From Phycisphaerales bacterium (lineage in GTDB: Bacteria > Planctomycetota > Phycisphaerae > WQYP01): a stretch of DNA of 64,000 nt. Numbering within the stretch: position 1 is the first letter of the stretch; each line of letters starts with the position of its first letter. Shown here piece after piece: positions 55,200 to 64,000 of this stretch. The translations under genes and the position numbers were made by a program. Below the pieces are notes generated by a model. That model saw only the letters and a list, made by a program, of their open reading frames with translations. It was not told the DNA's origin and made no database searches. The DNA lies in assembly GCA_027366115.1 (NCBI GenBank), contig DAHXLH010000154.1, positions 2,753-66,752 on the forward strand, in the 5' to 3' direction.

Positions 55200-56591
55200 A
55201 TGATACGATCAACGCTAAAATCCTTATTTGGTGTCATTGCCGTTTCAGGTGTAACCATCACCGGTATCAGCGGCGCTTATGCGGCGCAACCCGCATGGGT
55301 CATCAAGGTTGTGAACAAGGTTCATCAGATGGTAAAAATGGATCAGCCGCGGATTCCCCATCGCCTCTTTAACATCACATCCTTTGGCGCGGTAGGCAAC
55401 GGATCCACCATGAATACGCAAGCCATTGAAAAAACCATCAACGCGTGCGAAAAAGCGGGCGGTGGCGAGGTGTTGATACCGGCGGGAAAATATCTTACCG
55501 GCCCGCTGGTGCTGGGCAGCAATATGAATTTTCACTTGTCCCGGGGGGCGGAAATTCTTATGAGCACCGATCCCAAGGATTACGTCGCCGCCCCCCATCA
55601 GCGACATATTGAACATCCCGGATATCGCAATTGTATTGTCGCATTACATGCCCATGACATTGCCATCACAGGGCATGGAATTATCGACGGGCAGGGACAG
55701 GCCTGGTGGTCTCGCTATCGCAAGCAGCCGGGGCATAAGCATCCGCCCAAGTTGCCGCACCGTCCGTTTATGGTGGTGCTGGCAAACTGCACGCGGGTGC
55801 TGGTGGAAAATGTGCATCTGGAAAATTCGCCCATGTTTCATCTGGTTCCCAACCAGTGCCGGGATGTGGTCATTGATCACGTCACGATTACCGCACCCAT
55901 TAACACTCCCAATACTGATGCGTGCGATCCTTCGGGATGGAATTATTACATTACCCGCTGCACGTTTAACGAAGGCGATGATTGCATTGCCATAAAGGCC
56001 GGTGCCCGCAATGGCACGCCGGCTCATCCATCCTGTGAGAATTTCCTTATTACGCATTGCACGTTTGAACATGGCCACGGCATGTCCGTCGGCGGACAGA
56101 CCAACGGCTGTTTGAAATATGTCGTGGTTCGTGACTGCACGTTTGACCACACGCACCGGGGCGTGCGACTCAAAGCCGGCCCGGGGTATGGCGGTTTGTC
56201 AGAGTATTTGTGGTATCAGAACTTAACCATGCGCAATGTGCGGCTGCCGGTGTTCATCAACAGCTTTTATCCGAAAAAGCCCAAAACTCCGTCGCAGGTG
56301 CCGCCGTTACGAACCCATCGCAATCTGCCCGTATGGAAACATGTTTACTTTGAAAACATCACCTCGGTCAACTCCCCTCATGCGGGGCGGATTTCTGCAC
56401 TGCCCGGCTTGCCCGCGGATGATATTGTGTTCTCAAATGTGCACATCCATGCGAATCGCGGCTTTACGATGCTCAACGCCCGGAATATCCGCTTTGAAAA
56501 TTCAAGTATCACGGTCCGGCATGGGCCGGCCATTATTCCGTATAACGCTCATGTGACAGGAATTAATAGCAGAACCGGGCAGGCGAAGTAA
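55200..56591 (+). CDS. Polygalacturonase (GH28), secreted
   Basis: TPNTDACDPS, GDDCIAIKAG, GHGMSVGG, VRLKA. The N-terminus resembles the GH28 halves of both fusions. Confidence 0.88.
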   Translation: MIRSTLKSLFGVIAVSGVTITGISGAYAAQPAWVIKVVNKVHQMVKMDQPRIPHRLFNITSFGAVGNGSTMNTQAIEKTINACEKAGGGEVLIPAGKYLTGPLVLGSNMNFHLSRGAEILMSTDPKDYVAAPHQRHIEHPGYRNCIVALHAHDIAITGHGIIDGQGQAWWSRYRKQPGHKHPPKLPHRPFMVVLANCTRVLVENVHLENSPMFHLVPNQCRDVVIDHVTITAPINTPNTDACDPSGWNYYITRCTFNEGDDCIAIKAGARNGTPAHPSCENFLITHCTFEHGHGMSVGGQTNGCLKYVVVRDCTFDHTHRGVRLKAGPGYGGLSEYLWYQNLTMRNVRLPVFINSFYPKKPKTPSQVPPLRTHRNLPVWKHVYFENITSVNSPHAGRISALPGLPADDIVFSNVHIHANRGFTMLNARNIRFENSSITVRHGPAIIPYNAHVTGINSRTGQAK

Positions 56592-56675
56592 GAGGAATTC
56601 CGCAGTGCTTTGGTCGGATTAAAAACGATGCGGCCGGGGTAGAAAATGACAATATTTTTTTTAGGAACAGATCTT

Positions 56676-57650
56676 ATGAAGAATCGACTTGGTATGGCAA
56701 TGGGGATCGTGGCCGTGGCGCTCACCGGCGTGGGTGCCCATGCGGCATCCGCTAAAACCATGACCGTCGCAGCGCACGGCAAAGCGGATTATCACACCAT
56801 TCAGGGCGCAATTAATGCGGCACCGACGCACAGCCGCCGGCGGATCATTATAAAAATCGCTCCCGGCACCTACAAAGAACTGGTAACCGTTCCATCCGAT
56901 GATTCCAATATCGTTCTGGAAGGCACCAGCGCCAAGAAAACCATCATTACGTACAACCTCGGTGCCAGTGACAAGGGCAAGAATGGTAAGGGTATTGGAA
57001 CCTTTCACACGCCTACCGTGACGATCCTCGGCCGCAATATCACCGCAGAGCATCTGACGTTTGTCAATTCTTATGGCAAAGGCAGCCAGGCGGTGGCGGT
57101 GCGAACCGGAGACGGTCCGGTGATATTTCGGCATTGCCGATTTCTGGCCTGGCAGGACACGCTGTATGTGCATAATCCTCATGCAAAAATATATCTCAAT
57201 AAATGCCTGATTCAGGGTGCGGTAGATTTTATATTTGGTGAGGCGCGGGCGGTTTTTAACCACTGCGTGATTCGTTCCGTGGGATCGGCCTGCGTTACCG
57301 CACCCAATACCCCGAAGCACCAGCCGTTTGGCCTGGTATTTCTGCATTGCAAAATTACCGCTTCCCCCAATGTTCGTAAGGGAAGTGTATATCTGGGGCG
57401 GCCCTGGAGAGCCTATGGCAGCACGGCCTTTATTGATTGCCACATGGGTGCGGACATCGCCCCGGTCGGCTGGCTGAACTGGCAAGGCACAAAATTTTAT
57501 AAAACCGCCCGCTTTGCGGAATATCATTCCACCGGGCCGGGTGCCAATGTTAAAGCGCGGGTAACTTGGTCACGCCAGTTGACCAAAGCTCAAGCCTCCA
57601 AATATACGGTTAAGGGGATTCTGGGCAACGGGCCATGGAACGCGCATTGA
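56676..57650 (+). CDS. Pectin methylesterase (CE8), secreted
   Basis: SQAVAVRTGD, AWQDTLY, DFIFGEA, LGRPWRAYG. An alternative start is at 56646. Confidence 0.88.
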   Translation: MKNRLGMAMGIVAVALTGVGAHAASAKTMTVAAHGKADYHTIQGAINAAPTHSRRRIIIKIAPGTYKELVTVPSDDSNIVLEGTSAKKTIITYNLGASDKGKNGKGIGTFHTPTVTILGRNITAEHLTFVNSYGKGSQAVAVRTGDGPVIFRHCRFLAWQDTLYVHNPHAKIYLNKCLIQGAVDFIFGEARAVFNHCVIRSVGSACVTAPNTPKHQPFGLVFLHCKITASPNVRKGSVYLGRPWRAYGSTAFIDCHMGADIAPVGWLNWQGTKFYKTARFAEYHSTGPGANVKARVTWSRQLTKAQASKYTVKGILGNGPWNAH

Positions 57651-57702
57651 CGCATGAAACCGTCCAGCGGGTTACTAATGTTAACCTCCTATGAAGATGT
57701 GT

Positions 57703-57711
57703 TGATATAAT
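57703..57711 (+). promoter_or_regulatory. Candidate extended -10 promoter (TGaTATAAT)
   Basis: TGATATAAT lies 38 nt upstream of the ATG at 57749. Confidence 0.4.
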
Positions 57712-57748
57712 TTTCCGGCATACCAACAGCCGCACAGGAGATCCCACC

Positions 57749-58852
57749 ATGAGATATTTGACAGGTAATCGTCTGATGACTGGAGCCTCCGCAGCGGTGC
57801 TGCTTGCAGGCCTGCTGGCTGGCGGCTCATCGCGGGCTGACGGTGGTCCCTTGAGCATGGCCCGGCAGTTAGCCGGGGCGACTGTTGCGAAGGCTAATCG
57901 GGCTGCGACCGCGGGAATCGGCCCGGCGGTTTATACGGTTTCGTATGATGTCGCCGGTGCCTACCGCACCGTTCAGGCGGCGGTGAACGCGGTGCCGGTC
58001 AATAACAAGCGGCCGGTTATTATTCGCATTGATCCCGGCACCTACCCCGGGCAAGTGGTCATACCGGCGGACAAATCGCATATTACGCTTCAGGGAACCC
58101 ATGCGAAAAATACACAACTGACCGATGATTTGCCCGTGAGAGATGCCGGGAAAAATGGCCATCCGCGCGGATTCATGACCACGGCCACGCTGTGCATTTA
58201 CGGCCCGCATACCACGCTGGATAATATCACCGTTGAAAACTCGTACGTCCAGAAATCCAACACCAACGGCAATCAGGCCCTGGCGCTTACCATCGCCGGC
58301 GATAAACTGGTCTTTAACCATTGCCGTATTCTGGGATTTCAAGACACCATTTATTTTTCCCATCCCGATCCAAGAGCTTATTTTTCGCACTGCCTGATTA
58401 CCGGGGCGGTGGATTATATTTATGGCTTTGGCACGGGCTTGTTTGATCATTGCACAATCCGGAACGTCAATAAGGGCCATTGGGGAAGTATTACCGCGCC
58501 ATCCACGCCGGAAAATCAAAAATTCGGCTTTGTTTTTATGCACTGCCGCCTGACGGGCTTGAAATCCACCCCGGCCGGAAGTGTCTATCTGGGGCGGCCA
58601 TGGCGGCCTTATGGTAATACGACGTTTATTGATTGCTACATGGGAAAGCAAATCCGTCCGGTTGGTTGGAGTAACTGGAAAAAACCGAAGCTGGAAAAGA
58701 CCGCCCGTTTTGCGGAATATCACAGCACCGGCCCCGGGGCGGATGTAAAAAGCCGAGCCAAATGGTCCAGGCAACTGACCAGCACACAGGCGGCAAAAAT
58801 TACCGCCACCACGGTGCTTGGGGCGGGAAATTGGTGGAAGATCAAACCTTGA
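57749..58852 (+). CDS. Pectin methylesterase (CE8), secreted
   Basis: NQALALTIAGD, GFQDTIY, DYIYGFG, LGRPWRPYG. AGGAGA RBS. Confidence 0.88.
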   Translation: MRYLTGNRLMTGASAAVLLAGLLAGGSSRADGGPLSMARQLAGATVAKANRAATAGIGPAVYTVSYDVAGAYRTVQAAVNAVPVNNKRPVIIRIDPGTYPGQVVIPADKSHITLQGTHAKNTQLTDDLPVRDAGKNGHPRGFMTTATLCIYGPHTTLDNITVENSYVQKSNTNGNQALALTIAGDKLVFNHCRILGFQDTIYFSHPDPRAYFSHCLITGAVDYIYGFGTGLFDHCTIRNVNKGHWGSITAPSTPENQKFGFVFMHCRLTGLKSTPAGSVYLGRPWRPYGNTTFIDCYMGKQIRPVGWSNWKKPKLEKTARFAEYHSTGPGADVKSRAKWSRQLTSTQAAKITATTVLGAGNWWKIKP

Positions 58853-58865
58853 AAGGAGCTATACG

Positions 58866-61112
58866 ATGCGTCTAAAAACAATCGTTGCGGCAGGGATTGC
58901 GGCACTATCAACCAGCGGGCTGGTCTCCGCCGCCGGCACCGCAAAAATGCTGACCGTTGCGGCCAACGGAAGCGGCCAATATAAAACCATTCAGGCGGCG
59001 GTGAATTCCGTTGCCAATAACAGCAAGTCGCCGGTGATAATTTATATTAAGCCTGGAATTTATCGTGGGCTGGTTGTGGTAGGGCGGCATAAGCCAGCCA
59101 TCACATTTCTTGGCCAGGACGGCCAGGCCCGACGGACGATCATCACTTATAATCTCAACGCCAATGATAAAGGTCCCAACGGAAAGCCCATTGGCACGTT
59201 TTCCACGCAAACGGTATGGATCCGATCCAATAACTTCTCGGCCGCCAATATCTCTTTTGTTAATTGTGCCGGCAATACGGGGCAGGCGCTGGCGATCCGG
59301 GTGGATGGCGACCGTGCCATATTTGATCATTGTCGCTTTACCGGTTGGCAGGACACGGTTTTAACCACCGCCAAGCGGCAATATTTTGAGAACTGTTATA
59401 TCGCCGGTGCCACCGACTTCATCTTTGGCAGTGCGATCAGTTATTTTGACCACTGCCGGATTCATTGTCTGGGTTACGGCTTTATCACCGCGGCGCGGAC
59501 GCCGAAAAATCAGAAATATGGCTATGTATTTAATCATTGCAAAATAACCTCTGAAAGCCGCCCGGACCGCGTGGTGCTGGGCCGGCCCTGGCGGCAATAT
59601 GCCGATGTCGTGTTCATGCACACCTGGATGCCCAACGCCATTCAACCGCGCGGCTGGATCACCTGGCATCACAACCCGGTGGATAAAAAGACCACCCGCT
59701 ACGCCGAATTTGATAATGCCGGTCCCGGCTGGACACCCACCCAGCGGGTCCATTGGGCCAGACAATTAACCGCGGCGCAAGCGGCGGAGTATACAGTGCG
59801 CGATGTGTTGGGCGGTAGCGACCATTGGAATCCGCAGGCGGTTGTGCAGCGCGTGTTGTTGCCGGAAATCCTCGCGGCAAGCAGCCCGCGTATTCCACAG
59901 CAGACGTTTAATGTGGCCTGGTATCACGCCAAAGCCAATGGCCGAACGCTTGATACATTAGCATTCCAGCGGGCGCTGGATATTTGCAGTGAGGATGGCG
60001 GAGGTGAGGTACTTGTTCCAGCGGGTAAATACTTAACAGGTGCCTTGAAGCTCCACAGCAATACCAATTTTCATCTGGCAAAAGGCGCCAAGCTCCTTTT
60101 CAGCAATAACCTGGCGGATTACCAACGGGGCAAATTGGGCTACGGCGGCTGCCTGCAGGCCAATAACGCCCATGACATCGAAATTACCGGTCACGGTATC
60201 ATTGACGGCCAGGGGCGGCCATGGTGGAAAATAGCGTGGGCGGAAAAGGCCGCGGACAAAAAAGCCAAAATAAAGCCGGTGCCCACACCGGTTCCGGTTC
60301 ACCGCCCGCAGTTGATCGTGCTTAATAATTGCCGCCGGGTACTTGTTGAAGGCGTCACGCTTGAAAATTCTCCGAGCTTTCATCTGTTCCCTCAGGAATG
60401 CCGGGATGTGGTGATTCGGGGAATTACCATTCTGGCACCGCAAAATTCGCCCAATACCGATGGCATTGATCCATCGGGATGGAATTACCTGATCACCGGC
60501 TGTCATTTTAACGAAGGTGATGATTGCATCGCCATTAAGGCTGCCGGCAAGCATGGCTGGATACATTTATCCTGCGACAATTTTCTTGTTACGCACTGCT
60601 TTTTTGATCATGGCCACGGCATGTCGGTGGGAAGTGTCACCTACGGCGGCCTGCGTAATCTCACGGTGATGGATTGCACGTTCAACAAAACCGACGCCGG
60701 CATACGCCTGAAATCCAATCGCCATCGCGGCGGCCCGGTCACTGATCTGGTGTATACCCACCTGACCATGAAGGGCGTTAAAGTGCCGGTGCAGATTGTC
60801 AGCTACTATCTGAAAATTCCCAAACATCCGCAGCGCGATCACGCCGAGCCGATCACCGCCACCACGCCGATATGGCGACATATTTATATTCATGATGTCA
60901 CGGCGACGAGGGGTAAAGTGGCGGGGATGATCATAGGTTTGCCGGAAAAGCGCATCAGCGATGTACTATTTAAAAATGTGCATATCAGTGCGCATGATGG
61001 CATGAAAATCGTCAACGCCAATGACGTAAAATTCGTTGACAGCACCATCCACGCCGCGCACGGCCCGACGTTTATAATCCACGATGCGCAAGTGCATGGC
61101 ATTAAAAAATAA
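58866..61112 (+). CDS. Bifunctional pectin methylesterase (CE8) - polygalacturonase (GH28) fusion
   Basis: CE8 half: GQALAIRVDGD, GWQDTVL, DFIFGSA, LGRPWRQY. GH28 half: SPNTDGIDPS, GDDCIAIKAAG, GHGMSVGS, IRLKS. AAAGGAG RBS. The ORF opens at 58818. Confidence 0.88.
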   Translation: MRLKTIVAAGIAALSTSGLVSAAGTAKMLTVAANGSGQYKTIQAAVNSVANNSKSPVIIYIKPGIYRGLVVVGRHKPAITFLGQDGQARRTIITYNLNANDKGPNGKPIGTFSTQTVWIRSNNFSAANISFVNCAGNTGQALAIRVDGDRAIFDHCRFTGWQDTVLTTAKRQYFENCYIAGATDFIFGSAISYFDHCRIHCLGYGFITAARTPKNQKYGYVFNHCKITSESRPDRVVLGRPWRQYADVVFMHTWMPNAIQPRGWITWHHNPVDKKTTRYAEFDNAGPGWTPTQRVHWARQLTAAQAAEYTVRDVLGGSDHWNPQAVVQRVLLPEILAASSPRIPQQTFNVAWYHAKANGRTLDTLAFQRALDICSEDGGGEVLVPAGKYLTGALKLHSNTNFHLAKGAKLLFSNNLADYQRGKLGYGGCLQANNAHDIEITGHGIIDGQGRPWWKIAWAEKAADKKAKIKPVPTPVPVHRPQLIVLNNCRRVLVEGVTLENSPSFHLFPQECRDVVIRGITILAPQNSPNTDGIDPSGWNYLITGCHFNEGDDCIAIKAAGKHGWIHLSCDNFLVTHCFFDHGHGMSVGSVTYGGLRNLTVMDCTFNKTDAGIRLKSNRHRGGPVTDLVYTHLTMKGVKVPVQIVSYYLKIPKHPQRDHAEPITATTPIWRHIYIHDVTATRGKVAGMIIGLPEKRISDVLFKNVHISAHDGMKIVNANDVKFVDSTIHAAHGPTFIIHDAQVHGIKK

Positions 61113-61239
61113 ACATCGAGCCACCCGCGAAGGGCTGAATCGGATCGTGTCATCAAACCACATTTCGCGGACAACCCAACGCTGCCGCATTGAGCTATTC
61201 ATGGTATGGCGGTTTTGCTTTTCAGGATGGGAGATGGCT

Positions 61240-62505
61240 TTAATTGCCTTCGAATTGCGGAGATTTGCCTTCGTCGATATCGCTGCCGCCGGTGGGGCCG
61301 GCCAGCACGATGGCATTTTTACCGATGGATTTGGCGCGCATCAATTCCTGATCGGCGACGGCCAGCAGATCCGTAAGATTTTGCGCATCCCAGGGGAATG
61401 TGGCCAAGCCGCCGCTGATGCTTAATTTTCCGGAAATGGGGCCGCCTTCGGCATTCCACGGATGTTCAGCCACGGCTTTGCGGAATCGCTGGGCAATATT
61501 TAGCACGGTCCGCGGATGTTGTGAATCCGGCTGCCGGGGGCCGCCTTCATCCCAGAATACCACGGCAAATTCATCTCCGCCCACGCGTGCCACCATATCC
61601 CGGTTGCGGGTGCAATGCCGCAGCAGACGGATAACCTCACGGATAATGGCATCGCCGGCGGCGTGGCCAAACTGATCGTTGTATTGCTTGAAATCGTCAA
61701 TATCAAATAACAGAATCGTGACGCAGAAGCGGTCGCGTCGGGCGCGATCCAGCAGGTGCGGGACGTTTTCCATAAAGTACCGGCGGTTGTACGCACCGGA
61801 TAATTCATCGGTATCCGCCAGACGACGGAGATTTTTGAAATTACGGTTCAGTACCAGCATGGCAGTCAGCCACGCCGCTGATTGTTGAAGCTGATCGGTA
61901 ATCCGCGTGCTTTTGGCAGCACCTTCCAATATCAGCGTGCCAAAATGAACTCCTCGATGTTGCAATACGGCCGACGCTTTTTCCGCACCCACGGGAAAGA
62001 GTTGGGTCTGCTCGGAACCGGGCGGTTCAATTTTCAAATATCCCGGCCAGCGAAAATTGCTTTGCAATATTTCCAATGCGACGGTTTGAATGTCCCGATG
62101 TCCGGTTTGCATTTCCTGCGTCAGGGTGATCTGCGCCTGCATGGGAATTTTCAGCGTGGCGGCCACAGTTGCTGCGGCGCTGGCTTGCTCCTGATCGGCT
62201 AAAATGTCCGCCAGTGGTTCGGTCGGGGCGGCGGCTTCCGGGGACTTATCCATCGGTGTTGGTGAGGCGACTTTATTGTTCCGCTGCACTGGTTTTACCG
62301 CGCGCGCAGGCGCAACATGCGGCACTGGCCGAAATATTTCAAACGCGGGCCGGGGAGGACTTCCTCCAGGCACCGACGGGTCCGTTGGGTTCAAACCAGA
62401 CACTGCACACCTCTCTCTCGCAGGCTCTTGGACAAGATGTGGCCTTACGAGGCTGTTATCTTCAACCTCGGACGCCTCCTTGCGTAACTCGCCAGAAACA
62501 CTCAT
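61240..62505 (-). CDS. Diguanylate cyclase (GGDEF) with uncharacterised N-terminal region
   Basis: RVGGDEFAVVF active site, with an RNRD I-site motif five residues upstream. The N-terminal ~240 aa carry no motif I recognise. Confidence 0.85.
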   Translation of the reverse strand: MSVSGELRKEASEVEDNSLVRPHLVQEPARERCAVSGLNPTDPSVPGGSPPRPAFEIFRPVPHVAPARAVKPVQRNNKVASPTPMDKSPEAAAPTEPLADILADQEQASAAATVAATLKIPMQAQITLTQEMQTGHRDIQTVALEILQSNFRWPGYLKIEPPGSEQTQLFPVGAEKASAVLQHRGVHFGTLILEGAAKSTRITDQLQQSAAWLTAMLVLNRNFKNLRRLADTDELSGAYNRRYFMENVPHLLDRARRDRFCVTILLFDIDDFKQYNDQFGHAAGDAIIREVIRLLRHCTRNRDMVARVGGDEFAVVFWDEGGPRQPDSQHPRTVLNIAQRFRKAVAEHPWNAEGGPISGKLSISGGLATFPWDAQNLTDLLAVADQELMRAKSIGKNAIVLAGPTGGSDIDEGKSPQFEGN

Positions 62506-62805
62506 TTGCCATCAGCCTGACGACAGTTCCAAGACACCAGCCAACTCTAAGAGCCGGCTTTGGTGCCATTCACAAGAGCTTTCCGCCCTGAGCTCTACAC
62601 GCGGCCCAGGCGACAAAAAACCCTTCCTTCGGCCATCCTCCGTTCACAGCGGCGAATCAGGATTCTTCCCGGTAAGGTCTTTTTGGCACGCCGTACCGGA
62701 ATTCCACTGTCAACATACATACTCACTGTAAACTAAACCGGTTCACAACGCAAAACTTTTTCCAACATTTATACGTTTCCACTGCTTATCAGACTTTTGG
62801 CGCCT

Positions 62806-62858
62806 ATAAAAACGGCACCGGCGGTAATGTTGGGCCTTCTTCCAACATTCCGCCGGTG
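62806..62858 (-). terminator. Rho-independent terminator of the 62914-63975 gene
   Basis: Arms caccggcggtaatgttgg (62816-62833) and ccaacattccgccggtg (62842-62858) with one bulge. On the minus strand they are followed by TTTTT (plus-strand A-run 62808-62812). Confidence 0.8.
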
Positions 62859-62913
62859 TCTTGGGGAGGGAGCCTTCCGTTGTTGTTACTCGACGGTTGG
62901 CTGCCGAGGGTTG

Positions 62914-63975
62914 TTACTCTTGATGATCCTCCTTTTCAGAACCGTAGGTATCCCCGACGACGCCGTCGGGCGTAATGAGAAATAATTTGTCGCTTAACGG
63001 GTTGGGGGATTTGGTGTAACGCACTTCAACTTGATGACGGAACCATTTGAGCGTTTCTTCATCATCACAGGAAAATGCCAGCAACACATCACGATCCGGA
63101 GCGGCCATGTAGAAGTTCTTTCCCAGGTGCGGCCGCAAATGCTTCTGTACCAGTGGCAGCATCATCCGGGCGGCGTTGAGCGGATGGTCAATGGGGAAAC
63201 TGAAAAGCGTATAGTTATCGCAGCGGCCCCCGGTCATATTGAGTTCACGCGTATCGCGAAGAATATTGCCCATGGCATGTTCGTGCAGCGTCTCCTGATC
63301 TATCCCCCACAGGCGGCAATCTTCCATGCTTACCAGGGTAGTGCGTGATTTAACCTGGTAACCAATAATTAAATCATTGACCCATTCTTCAAGCATGATC
63401 GACGCCGGAAGCTTGGCCGCCAAAGTGCGCGGCAAAAGAACCGGAAATAGGTCGCTGCGGACCAGCGACCAGGCGTCATCGGTCTGCGGACTATCTTGTT
63501 CCGAATCCTGCACCATTAATTCGTCAAAAAAACGTTTGACATTTTCCGCCAGGTGTTCCGGTTGCTCCATAAAGGTGTGATGCAGCGGCGAAACGCGAAT
63601 GCGCATTCCCCCCACGCTGATCGTTTCATCATCCACCGGTGCCACCGGCGTAGCGGGCGTAATATCTTTCGCGAGATCCACCACCGCCTGGATAAACGGA
63701 CTTTTAAGTGTGTCACGCACACCCACACGCACCGCCGCGATGATGCCGTCTTCCACCGGTTTAAGGAAATTCACCGCCTCATACGATCCGCGGCAGGAGG
63801 CAAAGATCACATCCTGTCCATGAAAAACGGCCCAGAATCGCGTGCCCGTTGCGGCCTGTTTCTTCATGAATTTTTGTGCCAGCACCGAAACCATTCCCTT
63901 GCAATCCGCACCTTGGGCGGTGCAGGTCACATGGTGCATGCCCAGCACCAGTTTGGGCGATTCAGTGATACGCAT
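62914..63975 (-). CDS. Hypothetical protein
   Basis: 353-aa ORF with its own terminator. No motif I can assign with confidence; the C-terminal part ...YMAAPDRDVLLAF... is faintly DUF1444-like. Confidence 0.5.
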   Translation of the reverse strand: MRITESPKLVLGMHHVTCTAQGADCKGMVSVLAQKFMKKQAATGTRFWAVFHGQDVIFASCRGSYEAVNFLKPVEDGIIAAVRVGVRDTLKSPFIQAVVDLAKDITPATPVAPVDDETISVGGMRIRVSPLHHTFMEQPEHLAENVKRFFDELMVQDSEQDSPQTDDAWSLVRSDLFPVLLPRTLAAKLPASIMLEEWVNDLIIGYQVKSRTTLVSMEDCRLWGIDQETLHEHAMGNILRDTRELNMTGGRCDNYTLFSFPIDHPLNAARMMLPLVQKHLRPHLGKNFYMAAPDRDVLLAFSCDDEETLKWFRHQVEVRYTKSPNPLSDKLFLITPDGVVGDTYGSEKEDHQE

Positions 63976-64000
63976 ATTTTTATAGCGTCCCAGCCACTGT

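Overview
The window looks like a chromosomal segment of a Planctomycetota-like bacterium. That assignment is an inference from three DUF1559/H-X9-DG prepilin-like genes, two PEP-CTERM proteins and several TAT-signal glycoside hydrolases.

Layout:
- 1-6.1 kb: tail of the spc/alpha ribosomal operon, secY-adk-map-infA-rpmJ-rpsM-rpsK-rpoA-rplQ. rpsD is absent.
- 6.4-14.9 kb: housekeeping genes: rnc, an rluD-like gene, a cysC / PHP phosphatase / cysH sulfate-reduction operon, one DUF1559 gene, a CBS + ACT pair and an MFS transporter.
- 15-39.8 kb: a hemicellulose (arabinoxylan, glucuronoxylan, xyloglucan) island with GH51, GH31-PA14, an SGNH esterase, two GH10, a XylR-like AraC regulator, a PEP-CTERM protein, DUF1559, GH115, uxuA, GH3 and GH116.
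- 39.9-43.7 kb: a small HTH/membrane operon, a decayed AAA ATPase fragment, and a TPP riboswitch followed by thiC.
- 43.7-49.9 kb (minus strand): a hexuronate operon with a uxaC-like isomerase, a uxaE-like epimerase, three dehydrogenases and a small Cys-rich ORF.
- 50.5-61.1 kb: a DUF1559 gene followed by six tandem pectinolytic genes carrying 5 CE8 and 3 GH28 domains, including two CE8-GH28 fusions.
- 61.2-64 kb: a GGDEF cyclase and a hypothetical protein.

I found no rRNA, tRNA, CRISPR array, transposase or prophage gene.

I could not establish a discrete new multi-gene machine such as a defence, secretion or RiPP system. The best candidates for undescribed biology are:
1. A three-copy promoter-proximal box that links the hemicellulase operons with a PEP-CTERM + DUF1559 pseudopilin-like gene pair. 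This suggests substrate-specific surface or fibre components of planctomycetal glycan capture.
2. A family of heptanucleotide tandem-repeat tracts sharing a GTCCCCTGTAAC / CTGTAACCCACA core in four intergenic regions.
3. A CCGG-hairpin element with mutually exclusive helices, present downstream of rnc and twice inside the hexuronate operon.
4. A non-canonical hexuronate operon.

All product calls come from motif recognition by eye. No database search was run.
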